Positions 20,429 through 29,520 of a stretch of 64,000 nucleotides of DNA are shown here, in pieces (position 1 is the first letter of the stretch; every line of letters starts with the position of its first letter). The DNA comes from an uncultured Actinomycetes bacterium (GTDB lineage: Bacteria > Actinomycetota > UBA4738 > HRBIN12): assembly GCA_963810945.1 (NCBI GenBank), contig CAWEPI010000014.1, positions 174,308 to 238,307 of the forward strand, written 5' to 3'. Below the pieces are notes generated by a model that saw only the letters and a program-made list of their open reading frames with translations, ran no database searches and had not been told where the DNA came from. Both the position numbers and the translations under genes were made by a program.

Positions 20429-21625
20429 GGGGCGATCGCCAGCCCCGCCGCGACGAGCTCGTCGATCTCCCCGTCGCTCATCCCCACGCCCGCGAGGACC
20501 TCGCGGGTATCGGCGCCGAGCGACGGGGCGGGCCGCGGATACGGCAGCGGGTCACCGTCGATGCGGATGGGTGCGCCGACGATCCGGTACGCACCCGCCT
20601 CCGGTTGCGCGAGCGTCTGCACGGAGCCGAGCGCGGCCGGCTGGGGTCCGTCGAAGACCTGGGCCACGTCGCGCACCTCCGCGGCCGGCACGCCCTCGGC
20701 CGCGAAAGCGCCCAGCCACGCGACGCTCGTGCGGGAGCCGAGCACCGCCTCGAAGAGCGCCGTGAGCTCGTCGCGATGACGCACGCGCGCCGCGTTGTCC
20801 GAGAACCGCGGGTCCGACGGGAGCTCGTCGAGCCCCAGGACGCGGCAGCACCGCACCCATAGATCCTCGGAACCCGCCCCGGCCAGGACGATCCACCCGT
20901 CGGCGGTGCGGAAACCCCCGTACGGCGCGAACGTCGGGGAGTGCGTTCCGAGCAACCCCGGCACCTCACCCGAGACGAAGTAGCTCGCCGCCATCGTGCC
21001 CAGGCCCGCGAGGGCGAACTCGAGCAGCGACGAGGTCACGTGGCGTCCCTCGCCGGTCCCCAGCCGCTCCACGTGTGCGGCCAGCAGGCCCAGCGCGCAA
21101 CTGAGCCCGGCGCCCACATCGAGGACCGGTGCGCCCACCTTCACCGGCCCGGATCCGGGGCTCCCGGTGATGCTCATGACGCCGCTCTCGGCCTGCAGGA
21201 TCAGGTCGAAGCCGCCCCGGGGCGCGTCGGGGCCGACGTCCCCGTACCCGGAGATCGACCCGTACACCAGCGACGGGTGGCGGGCGTGCACCGACCGCCC
21301 AGTCGAGACCGTGGCGCGCGAGGCTCCCGGGCCGGGCGTTCTCCACCAGGAAGTCCGCGCTCCCCAGGAGGCGCTCGATCGCGGCGGCCGCCTCGGGCGC
21401 GCGCATGTCCAGGGCGACGCTCCGCTTCCCCGAGTTGAGCGACATGAACAGCACCGACTGACCACCTACGCGCTCGGTCCCCTGCGCGCGGTACGGGTCC
21501 CCGCCGGGGGGGACCTCGATCTTGATGACCTCGGCGCCCAGCGCGGCCAGCGTGGCCGTGGCCTGAGAGCCCGCGACGAAGCGCGTGAGGTCGAGGACCC
21601 GGAGCCCGGTGAGCGGCGCGCTCAC
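20425..21625 (-). pseudogene. CaiB/BaiF family CoA-transferase with one frameshift near 21296 (probably a sequencing error)
   Basis: VLDLTRFVAG...LGAEVIKIE...NSGKRSVALD...VENARPG in one frame, then SISGYG...GFDLILQAESG...APSLG in the next; GTGA/ATGA coupling at both ends. Confidence 0.85.
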
Positions 21626-23226
21626 CACGGGTCGGGCTCCCGGAACTCCCCGAAGACCCCGCGGAACACGTCGGTCATCTCGCCCACGGTCGCGCCGGCG
21701 CGGGCGGCCACGACCAGCGGCGGCATCACGTTGCCGCCGCTGCGCGCGACCTCGTCGAGCGCGGTGAGCGCCTCGGCGTGAGCCCGGGGATCGCGGGCGG
21801 CCACGCGCGCCGCGGTGCGCGCGATCTGCCGCTCGACGATGCCCTCGTCCAGCCGGAACGACGCGGGTGCCGGCGCATCCGCGCCGTGAGCGTCGGCATG
21901 GACGTTCACGCCGACCTTGGGGCGGATGCCCTGCGCGATCTCTCGTTCGGTGCGATACGCGGATTCCGCGATCCAACGCTGGGGCACGCCTCGCTCGATC
22001 GCCGCCACCGCGCCGCCCAGCCCTTCCACCTCTGCGAGCACGGCGCCGGCCGCCGCCTCGATGTCGTCGGTCAGGCGCTCCACGAAGTACGACCCGGCGA
22101 GCGGGTCCGCGGTGCGCGCCACGCCGGACTCGAGCCCGATGATCTGCTGGGTGCGCAGGGAGAGCGTCACCGCCTCTTCCGATGGGATCTCGTACGCCTC
22201 GTCGTAGCCCATCACGTGGATCGACTGCGCCCCGCCGAGGACGGCGCCGAGGCACTGCAGGGTCGAGCGCACGATGTTGTTGAGCGGCTGTTGGGCCGTG
22301 AGCGTCGTCCCGGAATTGCCGGAGAAGAAGCGGAGGCGCCCCGAGCGCGGGTCGGTGGCGCCGAATCGCTCCGTGGCGATCCTGAACCACATCCGCCGGG
22401 CCGCGCGGAGCTTCGCCACCTCCTCGAACAGATCGAGCGTGGTCGCGAAGTGGAACGAGAGCCGGGGGGCGAAGCCGTCGAAGTCCATCCCGCGCGCGAT
22501 CAGCGCCTCGGCGTACGCGATCGCGGAGGCCATCGTGAGCGCGAGCTCCTGCACGGCGTCGCATCCGGCCTCGCGAGCGTGGTAGCCCGTGATCGAGATG
22601 GGGTTGAACCGCGGCAGATGCTCGGTCGCGAACGCGATCACGTCGCACGACAGCCGCATGGACGGTCCGGGCGGGAAGATGAAGGTCTTGCGCGCGAGGA
22701 ACTCTTTGAGGATGTCGTTCTGCAGGGTGCCGGCGAGCCGCTCGTACCCGATGCCCTGACGCTCCGCCGCCACCAGATACGTGGCGAGGATGATGGGCGC
22801 GGTCGCGTTGATCGTGAAGTTCACGGAGACGTCGCCGAGCCCCAGCCCCTCGAAGAGGTCCACCATGTCCTCGGCCGTATCGATCGCGACGCCCACGCGG
22901 CCCACCTCCGCGCGGGCCCGCTCGTGGGAGGAGTCGTAGCCGAGCTGGGTCGGCAGGTCGAATGCGACCGAGAGCGCGGTCTGGCCTCGCTCGAGGAGGA
23001 ACCGGTAGCGGGCGTTCGTCTCCTCCGGTGACCCGAAGCCCGCGAACTGCCGCATCGTCCAGAGTTGCCCCCGGTACATGCTCGGATAGGGTCCCCGCGT
23101 GAACGGGGGCTCGCCGGGCAGGCCCAAGCGTCCCTCGAGCCCCTCCTCGACGTCGGTCGCCGTGTACACGGCTTCGACCGGCAATCCGGAGTCGGTGGTG
23201 ATCCGACCGCGCGGCTCCTCGTTCAA
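21622..23226 (-). CDS. B12-dependent acyl-CoA mutase, substrate-binding (large) subunit; divergent methylmalonyl/isobutyryl-CoA mutase family
   Basis: PGEPPFTRGPY, WTMRQFAGF, SVAFDLPTQLGYDS, QNDILKEFLAR, ISITGYH, EEVAKLRAARRMW, DPLAGSYFVE. Confidence 0.93.
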   Translation of the reverse strand: MNEEPRGRITTDSGLPVEAVYTATDVEEGLEGRLGLPGEPPFTRGPYPSMYRGQLWTMRQFAGFGSPEETNARYRFLLERGQTALSVAFDLPTQLGYDSSHERARAEVGRVGVAIDTAEDMVDLFEGLGLGDVSVNFTINATAPIILATYLVAAERQGIGYERLAGTLQNDILKEFLARKTFIFPPGPSMRLSCDVIAFATEHLPRFNPISITGYHAREAGCDAVQELALTMASAIAYAEALIARGMDFDGFAPRLSFHFATTLDLFEEVAKLRAARRMWFRIATERFGATDPRSGRLRFFSGNSGTTLTAQQPLNNIVRSTLQCLGAVLGGAQSIHVMGYDEAYEIPSEEAVTLSLRTQQIIGLESGVARTADPLAGSYFVERLTDDIEAAAGAVLAEVEGLGGAVAAIERGVPQRWIAESAYRTEREIAQGIRPKVGVNVHADAHGADAPAPASFRLDEGIVERQIARTAARVAARDPRAHAEALTALDEVARSGGNVMPPLVVAARAGATVGEMTDVFRGVFGEFREPDPW

Positions 23227-23630
23227 CGCACCTCCTGGGTCCGGGCGGCGAGGGCCAGCACGCCGTCGACCACCTCGAGGAGGTTGGTGCCGACCGGGAA
23301 GACCGCCGCCACGCCGAGCGCGCGCAACGCCTCGGCGTCGTCCGCGGGGATCGTCCCGCCCAGCACGACGGGGACGTCGTGGAGCCCGCGGGCCTCGCGT
23401 TCACGCAGGAGGTCAGCCGCAAGCTCGAGGTGGGCGCCCGAGAGCACGGAGATCCCGATCACGTCGGCGTCGTCGTCGGCCGCCGCCCGCACGATCTCCG
23501 CCACGCTGCGCCGCAGGCCGAGGTAGATCACCTCGGCGCCGGCGTCGCGCAGCGCCATCGCGATCACCTTGACGCCGCGGTCGTGCCCGTCCAGGCCCGG
23601 CTTGGCCAGGACGACCCGCGGCGGTCTCAC
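23223..23630 (-). CDS. Cobalamin-binding (small) subunit of acyl-CoA mutase
   Basis: KPGLDGHDRG (DxHxxG), SVLSGAH, LGGTIP. Confidence 0.93.
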   Translation of the reverse strand: MRPPRVVLAKPGLDGHDRGVKVIAMALRDAGAEVIYLGLRRSVAEIVRAAADDDADVIGISVLSGAHLELAADLLREREARGLHDVPVVLGGTIPADDAEALRALGVAAVFPVGTNLLEVVDGVLALAARTQEVR

Positions 23631-24592
23631 ACGAGCTCCCCCGCCACCATCACCGGGCGGCCATCGACCTCGAGCGTGGCGTCACGCATCACGCAATCGA
23701 GGTGCGCCACGGCATCCACGACCCCGCCGTAGGCGATGGAGTTCCCGAGTGCGATGTGCGCGGTGCCGCGTGCCGACTCCGTCTCCATCGCCACGCCGCA
23801 CACGCGCCCCGATGGGTTGAAGGCCATCGACACCTCGGCCACGTTGCGCATCCGTTCGTCTGCGCAGCGCGCGAGCATCTCCTCCAGCCGCCCCGCCTCC
23901 GCGCCGTCGAGGCCCACCATCTCACCGTCGGCGACGTGGATCGCGACCGGCTCGGGCAAGGGCCCCTGCCCCATGAACAGCAGATCCGCATCCACGATGA
24001 CCACGCCGGTCGTGGTCCCCTCCACCGGCGCCGTACCCGCCTCGATGTCCGGGGGCGCCATGTACGCGCCGTCCTCGCGCGCCAGGCCGTGCAGCACGCG
24101 CCCGGGGCGCCCTGCCACGGATCCGCTGAGGTCGGTGCCACCGGGCGTCGTGAGGTGGAACCGTTCGGCGTCGCCCCAGGCCCGCCCGATCCGCTCGGCG
24201 TCGGACCGGATCGCGTCGAAGTCGACCGTGAGCGGGCCGTCGTCGCGGAAGGTCTCGAGGCGCACGCCCGGCATCGCGAGGTACCGCACGCCGGCTCGCG
24301 TGGCGCGCTGCCGCGCCGCGCTCGAACCGATGAACAGGCTCGTGAGCTCGATCACCGCGCCGGCCTCGCGCATCATCGCCGCCACCGCGCTCGGCGGCTC
24401 CGAACCCGGGAGCAGCGGCACGGGCATGCGCGCGAGGACCGGGGTGGCGCCGCGCCGCGCGATGCCCTCCTCCAACCCGGCGACCACGGCGCCGTCGGTG
24501 CCCTCGTCCGTCAGCAGCACCACCTGCTCGCCCGCGCGCACCGCGAGGCAGCGATCCAGGAGGTTGTCGAAGCCCGCCTCCGCCGCGGTCAC
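23627..24592 (-). CDS. M29 / aminopeptidase T-like metallohydrolase (same fold family as NicX)
   Basis: TPGGTDL, PPDIEAGTAPVEG, NVAEVSMAFNP, E..RGTAHIALGNS..GG...HLD; GTG start 2 nt after upstream stop. Confidence 0.7.
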   Translation of the reverse strand: MTAAEAGFDNLLDRCLAVRAGEQVVLLTDEGTDGAVVAGLEEGIARRGATPVLARMPVPLLPGSEPPSAVAAMMREAGAVIELTSLFIGSSAARQRATRAGVRYLAMPGVRLETFRDDGPLTVDFDAIRSDAERIGRAWGDAERFHLTTPGGTDLSGSVAGRPGRVLHGLAREDGAYMAPPDIEAGTAPVEGTTTGVVIVDADLLFMGQGPLPEPVAIHVADGEMVGLDGAEAGRLEEMLARCADERMRNVAEVSMAFNPSGRVCGVAMETESARGTAHIALGNSIAYGGVVDAVAHLDCVMRDATLEVDGRPVMVAGELV

Positions 24593-24594
24593 CG

Positions 24595-25806
24595 CTACCC
24601 CGCGGCGGGCTCCGAGAGGGCGAGGGCGGCGAAGGCCGCGTAGACCTTGGTCGCCTCGTGGATCTCCTCGACCGTCAGATGCTCGTCGGGGCAGTACACG
24701 GGTGGCCCGCCGGGCCCGAAGATCACGGTCGGCACCTTCTCGCCGAAGCTGGCGGTGTCCCCCAACCAGTTCTCGACCCGCAGGCCAGGCTCGGTGCCGC
24801 GGACCTCGCGCACCGCCGTGCGCATCAGGCGCACGACCTCGTCCTCGGGATCCGCCAGGTACCCGCTCTTCACGTCGGCGAGCACGACCTCGGCGCGCAC
24901 ACGCGGGTCCGCCTCCTGGGCGCGCGCGAGGCATCGGTCGATCTCCGCGCGGACCTGCTCGATGCTCACGCCCGGCTGCGGACGGCAGTCGACGCGGATC
25001 ACGCACTCGTCCGGGATCATCGAAGGACCGCCGGGGGCCAGACCTCCGTAGATCCGGCCGGGCACCACGTAGGTCTCCGGACCGAACAGCTCGACGACCC
25101 AGGGCTCGAGCTGTGGCTCGTACTTCGACGCATCGAGCGCGAGCACGGCCTGGGCGGCCAGGACGTTCGCGTTGATCGCGACCGGCTTGTGACACGTGTG
25201 CGCGGAGCGACCGAGCGTGGTCACGTCGAAGTAGTAACGACCTCGGTGCCCGAGACAGACCTCGTTGTCGGTGAGCTCGCCCAGCACGCAGAGGTCTGCG
25301 TCGTGCTCGTCGAAGTAGGCGATGGACCCGAGCTGGTCGCCCATGTGATCGGAGACGGCCGCCATCGCGAGGGTGCCGGTGAGCGGCAGGCCGCTCGAGC
25401 GCACCCCCTCGATCGCCACGATCTGGCAGACGAGCGCGGCCTTCATATCCATGACACCGTGCCCGTACACGGACCCGTCGATCAGGGCGCCCGAGAACGG
25501 CTCGGTGACCTCCCATCCGTGGGAGACGGGCTTGGTGTCCATGTGTCCCGTCATCACGATGCGCCGCCCGGGCCCGAGGCGCACCTCGCCGATCGCGTTG
25601 GGCCGCTCAGGCAAGACGGGCTGCAGGGCGACCTCGTCGAACCCGGAGTCGCGCATGACCGACGCGAGGTACTCGGCGAGGGGGCCCTCGTCCCCGAGGA
25701 CGCTCGGGATCCGGCACACCTCTCGTACGAGCTCCACCGCCCGGTCGAGGTCGAGGCGCCCGAGCACCTGCTCCGTGACCTCGCTGGTTCCGGTGCCCAC
25801 GTCCAT
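24595..25806 (-). CDS. M20 ArgE/DapE-like deacylase (YlmB-like candidate)
   Basis: GHMDT, YGHGVMDMK, GRSAH, GDTASF, FGPG; the usual DEE reads DHM, so catalytic residues are altered. Confidence 0.85.
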   Translation of the reverse strand: MDVGTGTSEVTEQVLGRLDLDRAVELVREVCRIPSVLGDEGPLAEYLASVMRDSGFDEVALQPVLPERPNAIGEVRLGPGRRIVMTGHMDTKPVSHGWEVTEPFSGALIDGSVYGHGVMDMKAALVCQIVAIEGVRSSGLPLTGTLAMAAVSDHMGDQLGSIAYFDEHDADLCVLGELTDNEVCLGHRGRYYFDVTTLGRSAHTCHKPVAINANVLAAQAVLALDASKYEPQLEPWVVELFGPETYVVPGRIYGGLAPGGPSMIPDECVIRVDCRPQPGVSIEQVRAEIDRCLARAQEADPRVRAEVVLADVKSGYLADPEDEVVRLMRTAVREVRGTEPGLRVENWLGDTASFGEKVPTVIFGPGGPPVYCPDEHLTVEEIHEATKVYAAFAALALSEPAAG

Positions 25807-25819
25807 GTGCGCTCCTCAG

Positions 25820-25863
25820 ATGAGATATCAGATTTTATATGTGATGCTCCGGCGGGCTGTCAA
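25820..25863 (-). promoter_or_regulatory. Putative sigma-70-type promoter and operator of the M20-mutase operon
   Basis: Minus strand TTGACA (25858-25863)-N18-TATAAA; ATGAGATATCAGAT (25820-25833) just downstream; AT-rich patch in GC-rich DNA. Confidence 0.6.
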
Positions 25864-25877
25864 CGTGGATCGTTGGG

Positions 25878-25917
25878 CCGGCCCGAGGGAGAGCACGGGC
25901 TCTCTCCCTCGGGCCGG
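25878..25917 (-). terminator. Strong hairpin after the substrate-binding protein gene
   Basis: Perfect 16-bp stem CCGGCCCGAGGGAGAG / CTCTCCCTCGGGCCGG, 8-nt loop, no U-tract. Confidence 0.65.
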
Positions 25918-25921
25918 TGAC

Positions 25922-26989
25922 TCACGAACAGCTGTAGGGCATGTACTGATCGGTGGAGATCGCCGCCGCGTCGGGCGTCGACTTGATCAGACCGTTCGTC
26001 TTCATCCAGTCCCCGTAGCTCTGCCAAGCGGCGGAGTCGATGCAGCCCGTCTTCGTGCCGGCCGCCGGCTTCAGGAGCGTCAACGTGTACGGGACGCTCG
26101 CGTCGAGGAACTTGGCGTCGTACTGCGTGACGTCCTTCATGACGGCGGTGGCGCCTGCCGGATCGGCGATCGCCCCGTCCGTCCCCTTGATCAGGGCCGC
26201 CACGAAGCGCGTCACGGCGTCGGCGTACGCAGGGTCGCTCGACAGCTTGTCGGCGTTGGCGGCCACGATCAGCTCGGCGTAGTTCGGCACGCCCAACTCG
26301 TTGGCCGGGTACACGGTGGGCTTCTTGCCGGTCTCCTGCTCGACCTGGATGGCTTCCACGTTCTGGTACCCGCCGATGATGGCGTCGACCTTGTTCGACA
26401 GGAGCGACTGAACGAGGTTGAAGCCGACGTTGACCTTCGTGACGTCGCTCGCGCTCACGCCGGCCGTCGTCAGCATCGAGTTGTAGATGTCGTCGTCGCT
26501 CGGGAGGCCGGTGACCCCCACGGACTTCCCCGAGATCTGAGAGAGGTCGCTCATCGGGACGTCCGGAGAGACGATCAACGAGTTCAGCGGCACCGGGACG
26601 ACGGTCGCCACGGACATGACCGGCAGCCCGCTCTCCTGCCCGTAGAACATGCCGGACTCGTAGAAGATCGCGAGGTCGACCTTGTTCAGGCCGACGAGCT
26701 TGATCGGATCCGCGGCGGTCGCCGGGGCCTGGAAGCTCACCGTGAGGTTCTCGTCGGCGAAGTACCCCTTGTCCTGCGCGTAGTAGAGGCCCACGTGGTC
26801 CGGATTGGGCGTCCAGTCGAGCTCGACCTTCAGATCGGCCGGAGCGCTCGATGCCCCCGAGCCGCCCGCCGACGCGCTCGAGGACGAACCCCCGCTGTCG
26901 TTGCCGTTGCTGCACGCCGCGGCCACCAGCGCGAGGCACGTGAGCGCCGCGAGTACCGCGAGTTTCCGCTTGAGACCCGATCGGTCCAT
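25922..26989 (-). CDS. ABC transporter substrate-binding lipoprotein, NMT1/THI5 (ThiY-like)
   Basis: Lipobox VAAAC; LDWTPNPDHVGLYYAQDKGYF, VNVGFNL, GGYQNVE, GVPNYAEL. Confidence 0.88.
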   Translation of the reverse strand: MDRSGLKRKLAVLAALTCLALVAAACSNGNDSGGSSSSASAGGSGASSAPADLKVELDWTPNPDHVGLYYAQDKGYFADENLTVSFQAPATAADPIKLVGLNKVDLAIFYESGMFYGQESGLPVMSVATVVPVPLNSLIVSPDVPMSDLSQISGKSVGVTGLPSDDDIYNSMLTTAGVSASDVTKVNVGFNLVQSLLSNKVDAIIGGYQNVEAIQVEQETGKKPTVYPANELGVPNYAELIVAANADKLSSDPAYADAVTRFVAALIKGTDGAIADPAGATAVMKDVTQYDAKFLDASVPYTLTLLKPAAGTKTGCIDSAAWQSYGDWMKTNGLIKSTPDAAAISTDQYMPYSCS

Positions 26990-27065
26990 CTCGACCGTCC
27001 TTTCATCCGCCCGGCTCGTGGGGACCCACGCGCCTCCCTCCGATGGCACCGCGCCCTTGCGAGCC

Positions 27066-27914
27066 CTACATCGCATTCCCCCTCGGCGCCCAGGGGACGA
27101 GGATCCGCTCCAGCAGCGAGACCAGCGCGAACAACGCCATCGCGATCAGGGTGAGGATCAAGATCGCGGCGAAGATGCGCGCGGTCTGCAGGTTCGGCGT
27201 GGCCTGCAGCATCACGAACCCCAAGCCGGCGCTCGCGCCCGACCATTCCCCGAACACGGCCCCGATCGCGGCGAACGTCGCCGCGATCCGCATGCCCGAG
27301 AAGATCGCCGGCAGCGCGGCGGGGAACTCGATGCGCCGGAAGATCGCCCAGCGCCCCGCGTCGAGCGTCTTCATCATGTGGATGAAGTCGTCGTCGACCG
27401 AGCGGAGGCCGTCCAGGCCGTTCACGACGATGGGGAAGAAGCAGATGAGCGCGACGATCACCAGCTTCGGCAGGATCCCGTAGCCGAGCACGATGACGAG
27501 GATCGGCGCGAGCACGACGATCGGGATCGTCTGCGATCCGATCAGGAGCGGATACACCGCGCGACGGAGCGGCCCGAACATGTGCAGGACGATCGCGAGC
27601 CCCACGCCCGCCACCGCCGCGATCACGAAGCCGATCACGATCTCACGCAGGGAGACCCACATCGCCGGCGCGAGGATGCTCGACCAATCGTCGCGCAGCG
27701 CCACCGCCACCTGCGACGGCGCGGGGAAGAGGTACTTCGGGACGTGGAACCCGCGGATGATCGCCTCCCACAACGCGATCATGATCAGGGTGAACAGCGC
27801 CGCGAGCCCGTACGCGCGCCAGAGGCGCTTCAGGCGGCCCGGTTTGCGCACCGGCGTCACCTCGGCCGAGGGTGCCTCCTGCGCGGCCGGCTCCACCGGC
27901 ACCTTCGTGCTCAC
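27066..27914 (-). CDS. ABC transporter permease (ThiX/SsuC-like)
   Basis: FPAPSQV, QTIPIVVLAP, FFPIVVN..DGL, PAALPAIFSGMR, GAVFGEW. Confidence 0.9.
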   Translation of the reverse strand: MSTKVPVEPAAQEAPSAEVTPVRKPGRLKRLWRAYGLAALFTLIMIALWEAIIRGFHVPKYLFPAPSQVAVALRDDWSSILAPAMWVSLREIVIGFVIAAVAGVGLAIVLHMFGPLRRAVYPLLIGSQTIPIVVLAPILVIVLGYGILPKLVIVALICFFPIVVNGLDGLRSVDDDFIHMMKTLDAGRWAIFRRIEFPAALPAIFSGMRIAATFAAIGAVFGEWSGASAGLGFVMLQATPNLQTARIFAAILILTLIAMALFALVSLLERILVPWAPRGNAM

Positions 27915-28711
27915 TCGATGGCCTCCAGGGCCTGCTCCTTGAGCGCGACGAACGCGGGGCTCGTGACGATCTCGCGACGGGACTCGCCGGTGGTCTCGAG
28001 GTCTGTCTCCAAGACCTTCAGGACGCGTCCGGGACGCGCGGACATGACCACGACCGTCTTGCTCAACAAGATCGCCTCCTCGACGTCGTGGGTCACGAGG
28101 AGCACCGTCCGCGGAACATCGCCGAGGGCGCGCAGCAGCCATTCCTGCATCTGCGCGCGGGTGATCGAGTCCAGGGCGCCGAAGGGCTCGTCGAGCAGGA
28201 GGACGTCCTTCTCTGCCATGAGGGTCCGGAGGAAGCTCACGCGCTGACGCATGCCCCCGGAGAGCTGCGCGGGACGCACGCCCTCGAACTCGGCGAGACC
28301 GAAGTGCTCGAAGTAGGGGCGCGTCTTCTCGCGTGCCGCGTCGCGGGAGACGCCCCGGTTCTGCATCGCGATGATCGCGTTGTCGAGCGCGGTGCGCCAC
28401 GGGAGCAGGAGGTCGCGCTGCGGCATCATCGCGCAGCGCGCGAGCCGCCCCCGGGGATCGGTGGCCCCCTCGACGTTCACGACTCCGCTGTCGGGCTCGA
28501 GGAGACCCGCGCAGAGCTGGAGGAGGGTCGACTTGCCGCCACCGCTCGGACCCACGATGCCGATCCTGGAGTGCCGCTCGATCTCGAACGTCACGCCGTC
28601 GAGCGCCACCACCTCGCCGAAGGTCTTCCGGATCGCATGGAACGAGATGCCGACCGAGTCGTCCGCTGGGTTCGGCGCGGCCGCCGCGTCACGCACTGCA
28701 CCCTGCCCCAA
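27911..28711 (-). CDS. ABC transporter ATP-binding protein (ThiZ/SsuB-like)
   Basis: GPSGGGKST, LSGGMRQR, LLLDEPFGALD, VTHD. Confidence 0.92.
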   Translation of the reverse strand: MGQGAVRDAAAAPNPADDSVGISFHAIRKTFGEVVALDGVTFEIERHSRIGIVGPSGGGKSTLLQLCAGLLEPDSGVVNVEGATDPRGRLARCAMMPQRDLLLPWRTALDNAIIAMQNRGVSRDAAREKTRPYFEHFGLAEFEGVRPAQLSGGMRQRVSFLRTLMAEKDVLLLDEPFGALDSITRAQMQEWLLRALGDVPRTVLLVTHDVEEAILLSKTVVVMSARPGRVLKVLETDLETTGESRREIVTSPAFVALKEQALEAIE

Positions 28712-28726
28712 GCTCGCCCCCCAGCG

Positions 28727-28795
28727 GGATTATCTGATATTCCAGGCATCGAATCTTGAGGCGCGACTGTAGCAACGGGCCTCCGGAGCGGTCAA
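28727..28795 (-). promoter_or_regulatory. Putative promoter of the ABC importer with downstream palindromic operator
   Basis: Minus strand TTGACC-N18-TACAGT; imperfect 17-bp palindrome GGATTATCTGATATTCC at 28727-28743. Confidence 0.6.
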
Positions 28796-28818
28796 GGCAA
28801 GGCGCACCGGGGCGCCCT

Positions 28819-29520
28819 TCACGCGGGCTGCAGATCCGGCCACTGTTCCATCGTGTACGCCATCTCCCAGAACCCCCGCTCGAGCCGGGAGCTGGTGGCG
28901 AAGATCTCGCCGAGCTCGGCGCGCTTGGCCGACCCCACGCCTTCCTCCGAGGCGAGGCGATCGAAGTCGCGCCGCATCGCTGCCACCATCTCCACGTTCA
29001 CGGGAAGCGTGAAGTAGCCGATCCAATCCGCGTACACCTCGTGCTGCGACGTCGCCTTCGCCGCTAGGCGCTGGGCGATCTCCACGTAGCTCCACGCGCA
29101 CGGCAAGAGCGCCGCCATGATCTCGAGCGGCCCGCCGCGCAACGCGAGCGCCTGCAGGTAACTGGTGTAGGCCACGTTCGCCGGGGCCATCGTGGCGGCG
29201 CCACCCCGGTCGGCCGCCCCCATCTCGGTCACGCGCGCGAGCAGCGCGCGGTTGCTCGGCAGCTCGGCATCGATCACCTGGTTCAGGTCGACCATGAAGT
29301 ACCGGAGCTCGGTTTCGTCGCGCGACTTCGCGGCGCCCATCGCGAGGCAGCGCGCGTAGTCCACGAGGTAGAAGTTGTCCTGTTCCAGGAAGAAGCGGAA
29401 CTTCTCGAGCGCCAGGGTGCCCGACGCGAGCTCGCGGAGGAACGGATGCGCGTGCAGCCCGTCCCAGATGCCCGCGCTCGCGACGCGCATCTCGTCACAG
29501 ATCGATGCGTCGGTGCCCAT
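28819..29520 (-). CDS. tenA: TenA family thiaminase II (canonical Asp/Cys/Glu type)
   Basis: HPFLREL..GTL, FLEQDNFYL, LLPCAWSY, LERGFWEMAY. Confidence 0.9.
   Translation of the reverse strand: MGTDASICDEMRVASAGIWDGLHAHPFLRELASGTLALEKFRFFLEQDNFYLVDYARCLAMGAAKSRDETELRYFMVDLNQVIDAELPSNRALLARVTEMGAADRGGAATMAPANVAYTSYLQALALRGGPLEIMAALLPCAWSYVEIAQRLAAKATSQHEVYADWIGYFTLPVNVEMVAAMRRDFDRLASEEGVGSAKRAELGEIFATSSRLERGFWEMAYTMEQWPDLQPA

Noticed and set aside
25807-25921. Cobalamin riboswitch ahead of the mutase operon
   Set aside because: The region is short and explained by a terminator hairpin plus promoter; no B12-box seen.
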